DNA of 64,000 bases, taken from positions 13,203,270 to 13,267,269 of the forward strand of contig OZ316892.1 of NCBI GenBank assembly GCA_973895155.1, read 5' to 3'. The notes below the pieces were generated by a model. The model saw only the letters and a list, made by a program, of their open reading frames with translations, made no database searches and had not been told where the DNA came from. Source of the stretch: Marsupella aquatica. Taxonomy: Eukaryota; Plantae; Marchantiophyta. The position numbers were made by a program, and so were the translations under genes. Shown here one piece after another: positions 49,903 to 63,340 of the stretch. Each line of letters begins with the position of its first letter. Positions within the stretch are counted from its first letter, which is position 1.

Positions 49903-52611
49903 CAGCTAAGGACGATCCTCTTTATGAGTACTGACCACATAGAGAGGCTTCGAGCAGGTCATCTAAATTGGACAGCAGCAATCTCTAATCGGGAGTAGGG
50001 GGTGGGGGGCATACCTCCTGATGCCTGACACTGAGATTGTTCAGACGCGATCAGTAGGAATAGCAATGACTCATCTCATGGGAGTCAAGCTTATTAAACC
50101 ACTAATTGCAACAACATCGATTTTCACGGAACATAGCAAGGTAGATGTCAAGTATTTTCGACATCATTCGACATCATAGGGTTCTATGTCTTTCAAAGTA
50201 TCTTCTTCTCTTTATAATCTAACCACATGAGAACAAAGATCCACTCCATGATAAGCCATCACTATGCTAAAATCAATGTAAGGTCCTTCAAAATTATATC
50301 TTGGCTTGTTTATATTTTGCCGGTGACCACTTAGAGGAGCAATTACTTCGTATGGTTTGCAACTCGACCATTGAGTTCAGATCACAATCGTAGGTTGGGT
50401 GATTGTGCTTTACACAAATGACTGAAATATGGTGTCTTAGGGGCTTTCCCTAATTATCCAAGCCTGGGAGCACGATTTCCTTATGAGTCCTATCAAAATT
50501 GGGGAATTGGGTTAGCTCACTCCATCAGACTCATCAAAACTCCCACACCTAGCTTTCTCTTGAGGAGAACTTTTTTTCTACTGAGACTCAAGTTACACTT
50601 CGGGCTAGGGTCTTTCACAATCTGTACGCAAATTTCACATATCAGGCCTCATGGCATCTCTATACAGAGCCGGGGATAGCGTGTGTTTCCAACTTTATTG
50701 TATCTTTCCAAACAATTGAGGGAGACAGCATCTCAAATCGAGTACCATACTAAAGTTTGCAGAAGTAACGCCAGAACTTAGCCTTTCCCCAGGTTTTGGC
50801 GTCACCAACTTCTATAACCCGTCTCCAGTCCAATACATTCTGGGCCAAAACCAGAAATGACAATTAACTTGTGTAGATAGAAAAAATGACACCTGTGCGA
50901 GCCCACGTTAAGATTTCCTGTACTGAGAGACGGGATGGTCAGCTATCGAATCCCAAGTCTCAGGATCCATAAGGCAGAAGTCAACTTTGCAAATCTGAGG
51001 ATCTTAACGGTTGAGGACGCAAGGTGCCCAACGAAGCTAGAAAAAACAGCGATAGGATCTAAACCTAATTGAACTTACGATAAAAAGAAAACTTGCATTT
51101 CGAAGTTAGAGGAAACACCCTCTGAGTTACCTACAGACCGTAAGTCATCTTGATCCAATGACACACGTGCCCTCACTAGGCAACGGCCTATGATAATGAC
51201 ATACTTCAACCACAACTATCACAGATCTATGATGCACATGAGCTGTACGAATGTTCAAAGCCTCCTTTCAGAAGAAAATGTGTAGCACTCAGGTACCGAG
51301 ACTCTACAAGAACTAAAAGAACGGGGACACACCCAAAGCAATCAGGGAATCCTGTTCACAAAAGGAGTGACAACAGGCACATCGGAAGGTCATTACTGCA
51401 AACGTCTGCAGACAATTGATATCATTTTGGGCTATTACAATATGCTTTTAAACTGTAAAAATCCTACCTAAATAATTGGGAAACAGCATGGAATAGTCGG
51501 ACGACACGTAGCTTTGTTCCAAGCTGTTTACAAGGAAAACAAATGATCCCTATAAGAAAGTCTACGTTATACAACCTGAAAACTTCAAAGCTAAGGGAGT
51601 GACAGCATAAAGACAAATATAGCGACCATTCCCTCGAAATTGCAATGTATCGTATAATAGGAACCTGTACCTCTCGACCATCGTGAGTTTAGAGGTAGAT
51701 CTGACGAAAAGCGAGAACCGTTCTCAAACTTTAAGGTCCATGATTGCACATTTTTTCAAATCAGAAGTCGCTCAATTGCAATAAAGAATATGCACTGAAA
51801 GCAAAAGACCTCTAAATTCATGTGATGAATGATATCACTGGTTTCAACCAAAATGCAGTGTCAGAGGTAAAGACAACACGACAAAACAAGTTCATAATAA
51901 CAACGCACGACCAACTTAAAGGTGAGTTTTCATCCCTGCAAACGAAATCCTCGCACTTCTATTGTAAGATCTTTGCACTCGAAACAAACTTTGGTACGAG
52001 CCACGGGACTTTCCTATAGCAATATGCAAGCATTTCGGCAGTCTCACACAATTCATAATCTTCAGCAAATACAATAAACACAAAGCAGGGGTGGACCCTT
52101 CATGTGAATATGACTGAGCAAGCATGCCAACACCCAAAACCGATTCACTAAAAGAGATGGTTCATGAGGGAAAGATTAGGACAGTATGGTCACCTGAGCC
52201 TAACAATGATCCTTGAGCCCGTATCCACAACTGATTTTGAAAGTAAAGCAACGGGGCACACTGCCGTTAAAGATTCAGTAAAAAGAGTAGTAGTCATACA
52301 AACCCTATTGAATACATTATGATTGGTCCAGAGCATGAGTTGAACCTATCTGAATCTTTCATAGGCCACAAGCATCTCCTAGGAAGGCTATCCCTGTAAT
52401 TCCCTGCCAGAAGGTAGGTGATTCGAGTCGAACTCATTCTACGCCGTACTAGCTTCTGACGATGTAGATACCTCGCTCGGCGCTGTTGACATGGGCTCAA
52501 CAATTGAGCTGAGCATGAGGGAAAAGAAAAAAGTTACAAACTGCAGCAAGAGAACCTTGAGGTACTCACCGAGTCAAAAAGATGTCAGTGTGTTTGTTCA
52601 CAATTTAGTAC

Positions 52612-54690
52612 TCAGCTGGAGAAAGATTTCCTTCTCAGCGTCATTGATCCAGATGCGCCTTCAAACAAATCGTTGAGATTAGTCTCTAGGTCTTCGGAGG
52701 AGAATTTTATGTATTTCTCTGGATGCCTCCCGGTCTCCAAATAGCTACTATACCGACCTAAGAAGGAACGATACGCTGGGAGCAGCTTATCGGCAATCGA
52801 TATTTTTAATTCATCGCGAAGTTGTAAGTCCGGAACGATCCAACTGGATTGCACCTTATGCACGTCTTCAAACGCGGCGTTAAAGCTCCTGAACCTGTCC
52901 TTAAGAACCACGCGAGAAACGTTACTGGCCGCGCTACCTGTTACGTGGATACCCTCGTCCCTCAGACATTGCAGCACCCGGCCCCAAGCAGCTCGTTGAT
53001 AGCTAGTCGCGTGTTGTCGTACCATGCTCGTGTGCTTTCTTACCCAATCATCACCTAATAAAGCGCGCACTTCTGTGTTCTTCACCTTTTGGACGATGTA
53101 GTGCACATTATTCATAAGGAAAAGGTAGGTCAACGCATTGTCCCTGTACAGCTTCGACTTCCCGTCTAAGTTCGTTTCCAGGACATGCGTGATCCAGATA
53201 GTTTGCACTGCTAAAGGTGACTTCTCGCTATTCTTAGCTACATCAGAATCCCCCAAGAAGTCAGCCATGCCATTGGGTGATTCCTCGCCCAGCAACTTCG
53301 GCACCTCCTTCTTCTTCTCACCAAACAATTGTTTCAAAGTATCGGTGTAATCGAATAGGAACCTGATATAATTCATGACATACCGGGTAAGTGGATGTAC
53401 AGCACCTCCTGGGACGGGAGTCCTTGACGTATCGCGATGGATGGCATTCTCAAACTCGGCAAATGTTCCTCGCGCAGCTTCGCCCAAGCGCATCAGAATT
53501 CCGGCCGCTTCGGACCTCACACTAGCACAACCCTCTCCAGTGAACGTTATTTCTATCTCTGGAACGAGATCGCGAAGAGTCTCGTACATATCCAAAATCT
53601 TAAAAAGCTTTTCCGGTGTCCGTCGACTGATGGCAATAGCTTCACTGAAACTCAAAAGTTGCATTATCGAACTCTTGGCTAGATCAGCAAAACAACTTTC
53701 CCGAATTGCGACAAAATCCGTGAAAATCTGTTCACTAAGACGGCCCTCGCTGGCGAACAGGACCTTGACGGAAACTTTCATGGCCTGAATCCACTTCTTA
53801 ATCTTACCTTCCAAAGAGTCCCAAGCCATTTTCTGGACCTCATCAATCGAGAGTTTCTCAACCCCCAACCTCGTGAGGCTCTCTTCAAGGGCAGCCTTTC
53901 TAACACTCCCATAAACTTGACAGCATTCCCGTTGATACCCTGCCAAAATCATTCGTCGCGCGATGTCACTGAGATCAGCAACTATCTCTAGAGGCAGCAG
54001 ATCTAGCTGCAGCTCAGCAACTGGACGAGCGACGGGCACGTCTTCATCCCCATCTTCCAACTCACCTTCCCCTTCACCTGCAGTAGAGCCTTCAGGAGCT
54101 ATGTCAAGATCTTCCGTTCCAGAATTTCCAAGTCCGTTTCCTAGCAATGTTTCCATCAGCCAATCTGGGTCTACAGACTCGCTGTGCGCCACCAGCATGT
54201 GCCGGAACTCCTCCTCCAAACGCCCCATGGCGAGTTGCTGCAGCGTTTGGGCACGATCCTGCAATGCGCTGTTATCTTGAGACAGTGCCAAGGTCTCCAG
54301 CAGTTCCTGAACTTCATCGACGGCTTGCAGGTAAGACCCAGACTCCTCCCGAGAACACTCCCAGATCATGCACTGTCTAGCGGCTTCAGACGATGACATA
54401 TTCCACTGTAAGACGACCTTTTCAGCGGACTCGAGGTCTATAAACGGGCTCTCATTGATTTCCTCCTCTTCTTCCCCTTCTTCATGATGGATGCTCGATT
54501 CAGCTGCTGCTACTGCAGAATCCGAGGAAGACCTCGACTTTGGCAATAGGTCATTCATGCTGGAAAAGCGATTGTCGAATTTCGAAAATATCTTCAGCAT
54601 ATCATCGGTCATAGTCTCGTTGGTTCCTAAGGACCTCACGATATGTTGTGCAGTCGCCAATACTCTCTCCTCCCCATTATATGCAGCCAT
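52612..54690 (-). CDS. EXO70: Exocyst subunit EXO70, EXO70B/F-like, intronless
   Basis: First ATG at 54690 (MAAYNGEERVLATAQHIVRSLG). Exo70 motifs: AMGRLEEEFR, PEKLFKILDMYE, VPGGAVHPLTRYVMNY, FLMNNVHYIVQKV and WIVPDLQLRDELKISI...PAYRSFLGRY. Confidence 0.96.
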   Translation of the reverse strand: MAAYNGEERVLATAQHIVRSLGTNETMTDDMLKIFSKFDNRFSSMNDLLPKSRSSSDSAVAAAESSIHHEEGEEEEEINESPFIDLESAEKVVLQWNMSSSEAARQCMIWECSREESGSYLQAVDEVQELLETLALSQDNSALQDRAQTLQQLAMGRLEEEFRHMLVAHSESVDPDWLMETLLGNGLGNSGTEDLDIAPEGSTAGEGEGELEDGDEDVPVARPVAELQLDLLPLEIVADLSDIARRMILAGYQRECCQVYGSVRKAALEESLTRLGVEKLSIDEVQKMAWDSLEGKIKKWIQAMKVSVKVLFASEGRLSEQIFTDFVAIRESCFADLAKSSIMQLLSFSEAIAISRRTPEKLFKILDMYETLRDLVPEIEITFTGEGCASVRSEAAGILMRLGEAARGTFAEFENAIHRDTSRTPVPGGAVHPLTRYVMNYIRFLFDYTDTLKQLFGEKKKEVPKLLGEESPNGMADFLGDSDVAKNSEKSPLAVQTIWITHVLETNLDGKSKLYRDNALTYLFLMNNVHYIVQKVKNTEVRALLGDDWVRKHTSMVRQHATSYQRAAWGRVLQCLRDEGIHVTGSAASNVSRVVLKDRFRSFNAAFEDVHKVQSSWIVPDLQLRDELKISIADKLLPAYRSFLGRYSSYLETGRHPEKYIKFSSEDLETNLNDLFEGASGSMTLRRKSFSS

Positions 54691-55679
54691 AGATCTTTCA
54701 GCCCCCAACTTTCTCTGCCCCCTCCCTCTCACTGAGATGGTTCGGGTTTCTGCCGATCACTATCCAAACCAATCTCAATCGAGTACTGAACGCAAAACGC
54801 GTCCAATCTCCTCAACAGTCATCGCATGGGCTCCCTGCTTCTCCCTCAACCAGACACCAACTCCTCCTCCCTATCGATGTCTCTACATCTGCCCCAAATG
54901 CTTCTACGTGGTTCCGTCTGAAATTTATAGACCGAAACCCATCCCTCCTCTCAACAAAGGAGGTCCCTCACTGCCTCTCCAGAACGTCTCCTCCAGAGCG
55001 TCTTCTCCTCCACGTAGCAGCCTCCCCTCCGTGTTCCTCTTCTGTTACGCTTTGCCGTCTTCTCCTCCTCCTGACCGTCCTCCGCGATATCTTCTCCACC
55101 CCCTCCTCGTCTTGAGCTCCGAAAATCGTCGTCCCGGTCGGCTCCCCGATCCTCTACTACTCCTCCTCCTCTGCTTATTCGTCTTCCTCGGAAATCGTCC
55201 CGTTCCTTCCTCCCTCCCTCCCTCCTTCCCGTGTGCGCTTTACTCGGCCTCTTCCCTCTTCCGCCACCCTCCTCCTCCTCCTCCTCCTCCCGTTCCGCTT
55301 CTTCGCCACTCTCCTCCTCCCGCCCCCCACCCACAACACCACAACACAACACTACGAGAGCTCGGACGAGCACCGAAGGCTGGGATCTCGAAAAGCTGCA
55401 GGATTGCAGTGCTGTAGTTTCCTGGATCGCTACGCTCGCTCGCTTGCTTACTTACTTTCCTTCCACTCCGCTCCGCTCCGCCCCAGCCAACCTCTTCTTC
55501 GTCTGTTTGTCTCTCTGTCTGTCTGTCTGCGTCGCTCTCCCTCTCTCCCCCTCTCCAACACCTCTCCCCCTCTCCAACACCCCTCCCCCTCCCCCCCCTT
55601 TTGAGCCCTTCTTTCCGCCCTCGCTTCTCAATGTACTGTACCGAAAATGTGAGGCAGAAGGCAAGCAGAGGAGCAGAGG

Positions 55680-55775
55680 AGCAAGGGCAAGGGCAGGCAA
55701 GGGCAGGCAGGGCAGGCAGGGCAAGGGCAGGCAAGGGCAAGGGCAAGGGCAGGCAGGGCAAGGGCCAGGCAGGGC
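55680..55775. repeat. (AGGGCA/AGGC)n G-rich microsatellite upstream of EXO70
   Basis: Directly visible as GGGCAAGGGCAGGCAAGGGCAGGCAGGG... Confidence 0.85.
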
Positions 55776-56499
55776 AGCTCGGGGAAGGCACTAATAATAT
55801 CTGGGATGAGAGAGCGAGCTGACAATGGTACTCTCACTCATCAATCGACTCGCGAGTCAGCGAGTGTACTACTCCACTACTCCAGCGTCCAGATTCTCGA
55901 CTCGGCAGAAAACAACAAAGGGAGGCACGACTCGATATTCCATCAATCGGGAGACAGACCCGAAAGAAAGGCACCAACTCAATGAGACGGGCGAGCTCTG
56001 TACGAGGGAAGAACGGAAAGAAATTGAACGAAAGAAAGAAAGAAGGAGCGAGAGAGCCCGCACGAGGGACGGGCAGACGGAAAGAAAAGAGGGGCAGGCA
56101 CTATACGAGGAGCGAGGCGCGCACTACAGTAGTAGTACTGTAAGTAGTACTCTAACTCAATCAGTCGACGGATGACTTTATGGACTACACGAGGGAAGCT
56201 GGTCCGAGTCCCAGTCCGAGAGTCCTCGGCGTGCCATCGGGCAAGGCGGGTCTCCCGCTGCCTGCCGTCGGTTTAGTTCCCGTCCTGTCTGCCCTAAAGT
56301 GATCACCGTCTAGTGGCTCCGACCCGGACTGAGTCGTCTCGCCGTCAACTGCGCCGTCGTAACGTGCACCGGCGGTTTGATAAGCGACGGCTACAGACAG
56401 TACCCAGAATAATAGGAAAATATGCTCCCCTGGACCCCACCCAAACAACCCTCTTGGACCTTGTGACCTTTTACGCTCTCACTTATTGACACCCTCTGG

Positions 56500-57095
56500 T
56501 TTCCAAAAACTTTTCAACAGCACTTTGACCTTCAATATCTCCCTTAGTATCCAATCTAGTTGTCTACTCTTGGACTAGTTGGAAGAGTCTTGGAATGATC
56601 TTTCCAGCCCGTCTAATATCCCTAGTTTTCATGAAAAATCAAGGAAGTTATGAATGTCTGAGAGATTACTCCATTACTCAATGTTTGCACTTTGCACTTC
56701 CCCTTTGCCATTTCAGTATATTCCTGGATATCCAATAAATCATTTTGTGGAGTTCCTTCAAAGAGCTTAGTAGTCAGGATGCAATGTAATATGGACTATA
56801 CAAGCAACGAAAACAGGGTTTTGCAGTCCATCTGAGCATTTTAGCAAACGTTTTTTTCCATCCCTGAAGATTTCATGGAATACTAACCTTGCAAGTCATC
56901 ACAACTAGCCTGACTTCTCTTTCTTTGAACATAGATTTGCGGACAAAACAACTTCGCAAACAAATAGATTCCTTACTCTTACCTTCAAATATTTTCCAAT
57001 GACTTACCCCAAATCCCTCCCTGTGTCCAGCTTGCACCCTCATTGTTTGTTGTGCCCTGTCTAGAGGCTTTCACTCTAGAAAGTAGGCCCCAAGA
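56500..57095 (-). mobile_element. Dispersed degenerate repeat; inverted homologue of the ~1160-1380 region
   Basis: 56505-56700 aligns with the reverse complement of ~1160-1380 (TTTGACCTTC..TATCT, CTAGTTGGAA, TAGTTTTCATGAAAAAT, CACTTTG.ACT.CC). The CTAGAGTGAAA.CCTCTAGAC motif is shared with ~22270 and ~30865. Confidence 0.6.
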
Positions 57096-58799
57096 ACAGC
57101 TTTTGATACCCATTATATAGCTACATTTTTGTAATCTTCTGACTACCTTCTATTCGATCTTGATTGTTGACATAAACCTACTAAATTTTGGCCTCCTACT
57201 AGTAGTATTTATGTTCCACTCGGTATGGAAGTTTGCATCAGTAAGTATGTAAGTTTGGCTCTATATTGGTTCCTAATTTGGAAAGCTTATTTGCACCATT
57301 GATCAGAGTTGAATACTGTGTGCTCGTATTGATATACACTTGACAATAGGAATCAAAGGAAAATATGATGTCACACAAGTTTAATTTGAATGAGTGAAGA
57401 TATCCATTAAAGCCTCACAATAGATGAAGCAAAACCTGGTAGATCCAGGTTACTAAAATAAACCAAAATTGTGCTCAAAACAGATTCTATTTTGTCCTCC
57501 CCAAACCTGGTGAACAGTGGTGGTTTAATAAAATCATGGGGTGCATCTGTACAGACTGCTCCATCCGTGGAGGCTGCCCCATTTGTGCAATAATTGGAGT
57601 TACCAAAAGAGAACTCAGAACAAAATTGAACAGAGGAATATTTCCCCATGGTTTGGAGAAGTTTCAAGGTCGAGCTCATGCACTTCTGATTTGTTCATCT
57701 CCAGGACTATGTTAGTGGCAGATTATGTCATAATCTTATTTGGCGCACATGCTGTTGAGAAACATGTCAAATTCATTGAGCATAGGGGAAAGCAAGCTTA
57801 AATTGAGCACATATAGATAGGAAAAACAAATTCAACTATTTCTTCTAAGATTAATTGTCAGGCTTGATCAATTAACCAGGACTAGAAAGTTTGATCATCC
57901 TAATCTTGGGTTATTACTTATCAATCTGCTAAAAGTTACTTAGCCACACCTAATATGGTTGAAAACACATTCTTTGTCTTGCGAACTAAACTCTAAGACC
58001 ACAAATTGTCTTCGTTGGCTACTTTGGATCTTATCATGGTAGACCCAACTCCTTTTGATATGATGCCTCGTTCAGTACTTCCCCAACTTGCGACTTCTGG
58101 TTACCAGACAAACTATTATTTAGTTGCTTATTTCTAAAATCATGGAGCAACAAGAATCTACTATGGGAGGAAGGGAAGTAATTTGAAGAAAAGGGGGGAA
58201 ATTTGGCCACTTCCCATTATATTTTCCATGGCTCCAAGCGTGGTCTAAACTTAGCACACTGATGAAGGGTTGATGAGCTTGGTAGATCTGTATAGTGTTG
58301 CCATAGCTACAGGATAATTATGACGTTGTTTTAATGGTTGTTTTAATGGTTCCTCTTAGGATATTCTAGGGCTACTATTACAATCCCAGTTTACTCATTG
58401 AGTAACTGGAACTTTTTGGACCTTGGTATGCTTTTAGTATAGCAAAACACATTGTTGTCCTGGTGAAGTCATGGAATATCTACTCTACATATGTTTGAAT
58501 AAATATTATTCTGTTATGCTACACTGAAATTAGACACCCCTCTGCCTTGTCGACAAGGAACATCACCAAAGTGTGTTGTATATCCATTTGATATTCAGAT
58601 TTGTTACTGTAAGAAATGTATATTAAATTGACAACCATTTTGGATATTGACTTTCATTTTGCATTAGATGAATATATCTTTAATGTCAATGTGATTTTAC
58701 ATCCAATATTTTTAGGTGAACATTGTTGATCAAGTGTCATAGATATCCAGTACTTGAAATAAGTATTGCCCTTCTATGTGGCTTTGAGGTGAGGAATAC

Positions 58800-59700
58800 T
58801 GATCTGTTTGTGTATCATTGATTTGTGGCAGTACCTTCCACATTAGGAGATTGGCATGCCTTCTTTGTCACCGACTATGACACAGATTGAGATCATGAGG
58901 AAATATGCTACTCAAAGGGTGCTTTTATTGATGCTCGGCATATTCACGTAGTGGTAAAAATGACAGCAGCTTGGCAAGTGTGATGCCGTCAAATCTACCC
59001 AATGAGTTTTGTCTATTACTTACTTTTTTTGAGAACTTTTACAAATATCAGATTTGATATGTGCTGCTTTTTTGGGTATGTTCCATCAACTTGTTACGCT
59101 AGCGATTGACGTTCTGTATTGTCTTGCAGGGTCATACTACAATATGGAAAAAGAAAGACGGTGATCAAGGAGCCGCATGGGACGTTATTTATGAAACTGA
59201 AACTATGAGGACGTTTGGTAGTACACATATTACATGTTTGCAGATTGCTTAGTTTTCCACCTTGCAGCCAGCTGGTCGCTGAATCGTCAAGTTTAAAGCT
59301 CTTAACTTTTGGTATGAGATTTATGGTAGTCCACTTCAGTGGTGCATGGAGCATTGCCTAGGAATCGGCTTTGCATTTTCATGTGTAATATTTGTATGTA
59401 TCCTTCTCTTATGTGGAGTCTATCCCAAGGATGACAGAAGGATCTTGGAGGAAGGAAAATTATATCCCTCTGGAAGTTCCAATGAGTTTATTTGAAGGAC
59501 ATTTGTCAATGCAAAGGATAAAGCAACATTGGAGATGGACTCAATGGAAGAAAGCTACCTAGAAGAAAACATTGTTGGTAATGGAAGCAAAGATGTCTAA
59601 GTTGGCCAGGTGTTGTTTATTGTTTGATATTACTTGTCAGTCATAGTCCTTGGAGTCCCTTATGCCTGCTTTACGTGGTTTTTTTAGTAGGACATGGATG
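58800..59700 (+). pseudogene. Possible highly decayed PIF/Harbinger-type transposase remnant
   Basis: Only short fragments in the expected order: GAFIDARHIH (compare GAIDGTHI), LLLCGVYP (compare LGDSGYP) and RCCLLFDITC (compare ACCILHNIC). There is no open frame. Confidence 0.3.
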
Positions 59701-60071
59701 AGATATATGAAGGCACTAGAGGTCTTTATGAGAGAGCTTGACTAATTCATGCATGAGTTTGAATGAGAGCTTGGAAAACAAGGACTTCATTCTTTTCTTG
59801 GCATGGAAGATGTTGTTTAATCATCTAGAGTGAATGCCCATGGATGATTGATGAGATATAAGAAAGGAGAGTATTCCCCAGGCTCCGTTGAGTGAAGTTA
59901 GAGCATCTCTCCAGCAAGCAACAGTGTAGCAACGGCAGCGCGCAAGGTACCAAAAGAGTAGATTGAATCTCAAAATATAATAGTAAGGGATGGCTGGCAA
60001 CTAACATTGAATATATATAATGTAAACATAGCATCTTTACTGGCTGATCGATGTTGTTTGTATGCAGGAAC

Positions 60072-60415
60072 TGTTAGACATTGCTCTAGTCTTGTGACTC
60101 ATGAGCTAACCACAGTTAGTCTAACTCGGGTGAGGACTTAGCTAATGTTAGCGGTAGTGCAGTTGTGCATATAGCTAGGGCTGATGCCAGACCCTGGTGG
60201 AACTTAGGCTCATTGTTATGGAGCTAGTTGAGAGATAGGGAGAGCTTGTGCTATGGATGCTTGGTATGGCCGGTCGACCTAGAGTGCAGTAAAGCTCTTG
60301 TGTGTTCCCGTGGACGTAGCCTCATGTGGAGGTGAACCACGTATCTCTCTGCGTTGACTATTGTACATTGAATGGTTCATGGGCTTGCCGTTGCGAATGT
60401 CGTCTATGCTCAACA
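60072..60415 (+). mobile_element. Solo LTR (Copia-like), 344 bp
   Basis: TG...CA termini (TGTTAGA ... CTCAACA) with a perfect 5-bp TSD GGAAC at 60067-60071 and 60416-60420. The CCCGTGGACGTAGC...GTGAACCACGTA motif is typical of plant Copia LTRs. Confidence 0.9.
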
Positions 60416-63052
60416 GGAACATCTGCGTAATGCATGACACAAAATTGTGCACGTCATTAAAGCCCTAATTTGCTTCGTTTAGTCAAGGGAAGATTTGTCT
60501 CTAACAATTGACTTTTCTTGATTGCTTAGCATTTTGTCTTATGTACGCCTAGACTGGACAAGTCTGTGAGTTCCATGTGCTTTAATCAGCAAGGTGATCT
60601 CCTTTAGTGGGCTACTCCAATGACCACCAGGTTCTTTGGGATGTGCCAAAAGCAAATGTGATTCCAATATTGGAGAAGGAACACTCACCTGCTACAATTC
60701 ATACGTTGTTCCTTGGGCAATACATTCCTTAGCTCAAAATTTAAGGCGGTCACATCAGACTCTGAAGAACTTACATTCCTTTGTACTTTCATGGTGCTTC
60801 CAATTACAACTTTGCGGCAGTACGCAGTGAACACCACGCTAGGTCTCTCTGACCTTATATTTAGGATAGCCAAACATGCAAACTTCAGAGGTCTCACAGA
60901 GGTCTTCCCTGCATTCACTTTTGGATTCTCTCTACTCTTGCTTAACTATGTTGAGTGCAATTGAGGAAGGTATTGACACAAGCTGGATTGTAATTGCCAA
61001 ATGACTTTAAATGAACAACAGTCTATCACTACATGGATGGTCCTGTTTGTGTTATCATTGAGTTAAGACACTGAGCAATTTCCCCCATCCAGAGAATTCA
61101 TGCTGAATAATGTCTAACCTTTTATATCTAAAAAATCAAAGATTTGAATTTGGTGACAGGAAATCTTGTTATCGTCAGTCAAAGTTTGTGCCAATCTGTT
61201 GAGCCCTCAGAGCATCTGAGAAGTTTCTATTCCTTACATATCTTGAAGGCGTACCAAGTCTAAAGCAGGAATTCTCACGGGTTCTATGCTCCCAACCTAC
61301 ACATTAGAGATATATGAAGAGATCGCACGTGTGAAGGAATTTGTAGCCACCACTAGAGGCATGCAATCAAGAAGATAATGTTCATGATCTATAAGTTTTT
61401 TTTTTTTTCGCCTGAGTTGAGTATTTCTGTCACTTTATGGATGTTGTCATAGTTGATGGTCACAAGATGAAATCTTATTGAGATATGAATGTGGGTCGAG
61501 GCAAGTTTGCTTGATGCATTGGTTTGTGAGTTTTGGGGTTGCTTCTTTGGGTCTATACAAGATCAACCCTCTAGTGTGCAGCTGAATTAGAATTGGATAG
61601 CTTTAATGTATAAAGACTTCCTAACTATAAGATTATAAGAAGTAGACTCTATGATCATTCTATACTATGATTCAAAGTGTTTCTGGTTTCCAGGACCCAC
61701 TCATCCTTAGTAGAGTCACTTGATGATTTGATGGGTTGATGGGTTAACACCTGATCAAATTCAAACAATTATGTTATATTAATAAAAATTCAAATGAATG
61801 GAGTATGTCATTCAAATTGAAGTTGCACAAGTTTTTCAATGTCCTCAGCAAATTGTTGATCCAATGACCAACTACATAATATGAGTCAAGTTAATTTTGA
61901 TTAAATAAATTGAGGAGTTGGGTGTGAAAAGTGTACATTTGGGACACACATATTGGAGGTTGAAGTGTTTAATTTTGATATATACATTGACATTAGCATT
62001 TTGAGATTCACTAGCCATAGAAAAGGAGAAGTGTGCAAGACTTCTCCCTTTTTCACATTCCTCTCCTCTAGGGTGAGACTTTACTCCACAATTTTAGGAA
62101 AAAGGTACTAAACGGGTGAAACCTGGTGGATCCATGTTTTGTCATGGACAATGGCACTTTAAGCTCAGATCATAAGTCATTTCATATCAGGGGGCTTTAC
62201 CACACTGCAGGGGTTGTTTCTATTATTTTCCCATCTCTGAGATGTAATCTTAGCCATGCATTTGTGGGAACCGGCCGCACTTGACTTTACAAGACTGTTG
62301 AGGCCCATTTCCCATATTTGACTCCTGATGCTACATGGACAACAATGGGGCCGTGTGGGGCCTGTTTTTTTGCCAACGTGTAACGCTTGTTCGGCCAAAG
62401 TTTTAGACCACCTCTTGTGGTGGTTTTTCCTTTTGTCCGTTGGTCTGTTGCTATTTCCAGGCCTTGCATTAACTTTGACTGTCCTTTCCTGTCCTCACAT
62501 CCAATTCAAGAGGGCGCCCATTGGGAGCTATTAGACAATTGGGCCCCATTTATGTCTTTTCAGTGCCCCCTCTCTCTCAAAACGGTATTGTTGACTTTAC
62601 ATGAGGCCTAGGCACCCTTTGATCCAGCCTAGTACAAGGTTTTCCCCGGTTTACTAACTTTAGACGATGAAGTGGCCCCCAACTTTGCTTTGGATGAAAA
62701 AAGATTGAACGGCCCCGTGGTCCTATAAATCCCCCCTCAGATTTAGTGGTTTGAGTGTGGGACAACTATTACACGCTATTTACAGCGCATTGTTGACCTT
62801 GACCATATAGTTTAGCAGCTATATCTGTTTTCGGTTTCATTGCATGTTGTTTCGTTTGGTTTAATAATATAGCTTATCCGAGCAAATTCTATGGACCTAC
62901 TAGTTCAGAAGCTTCTCAAGCTCAAGCTTTTACTTTTTTAGTAAGAGATCAATGTCTTGGGGCAAATGTAGGGTCAGCACAAGGACCTTGCTCACTGTGT
63001 TGTCGATATATGCTGGAGGAAGTGTTGCACTCTCACATTATTGCACTCAATC

Positions 63053-63340
63053 TCGGGGGTTGACTATTATAAATCTTAGGAATCACGTGCGATCCAAAAT
63101 ATGTATTTTTGATAAAAATTAACTAAATTTTTAAAAAGCATAGGAGGCAAAAAAAGGTATTATAAATTCATGTTTATAAAGTATTCTCTAATTATATACA
63201 CATTTTATAAAATAAAATAGGTTATTAATATTGAGAATAGGAAATATTCTTGGAATATTTTCTTTATAAAATAGGTCTATTTATGTTAGGCTAGGATCGC
63301 ACATGGCACACAAAAAAATATACACTTAGTTAACCCCCAA
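63053..63340. mobile_element. MITE with 10-bp TSD (Mutator-like), 288 bp
   Basis: GCACTCAATC flanks it directly at 63043-63052 and 63341-63350. The termini TCGGGGGTTGACTA / TAGTTAACCCCCAA match 12 of 14 as an inverted pair. There is an inner inverted pair CACGTGCGATCC / GGATCGCACATG and a very AT-rich core. Confidence 0.78.

Noticed and set aside
54491-55837. Several long overlapping ORFs (up to 308 aa) on both strands
   Set aside because: These are shadows of the EXO70 antisense strand and of CT/GA and GGGCA low-complexity tracts in its leader and promoter.
39734-60415. One 20-kb LTR retrotransposon capturing LFY, LC8 and EXO70
   Set aside because: Each LTR has its own distinct TSD, the two differ in length and sequence, and no gag-pol lies between them.
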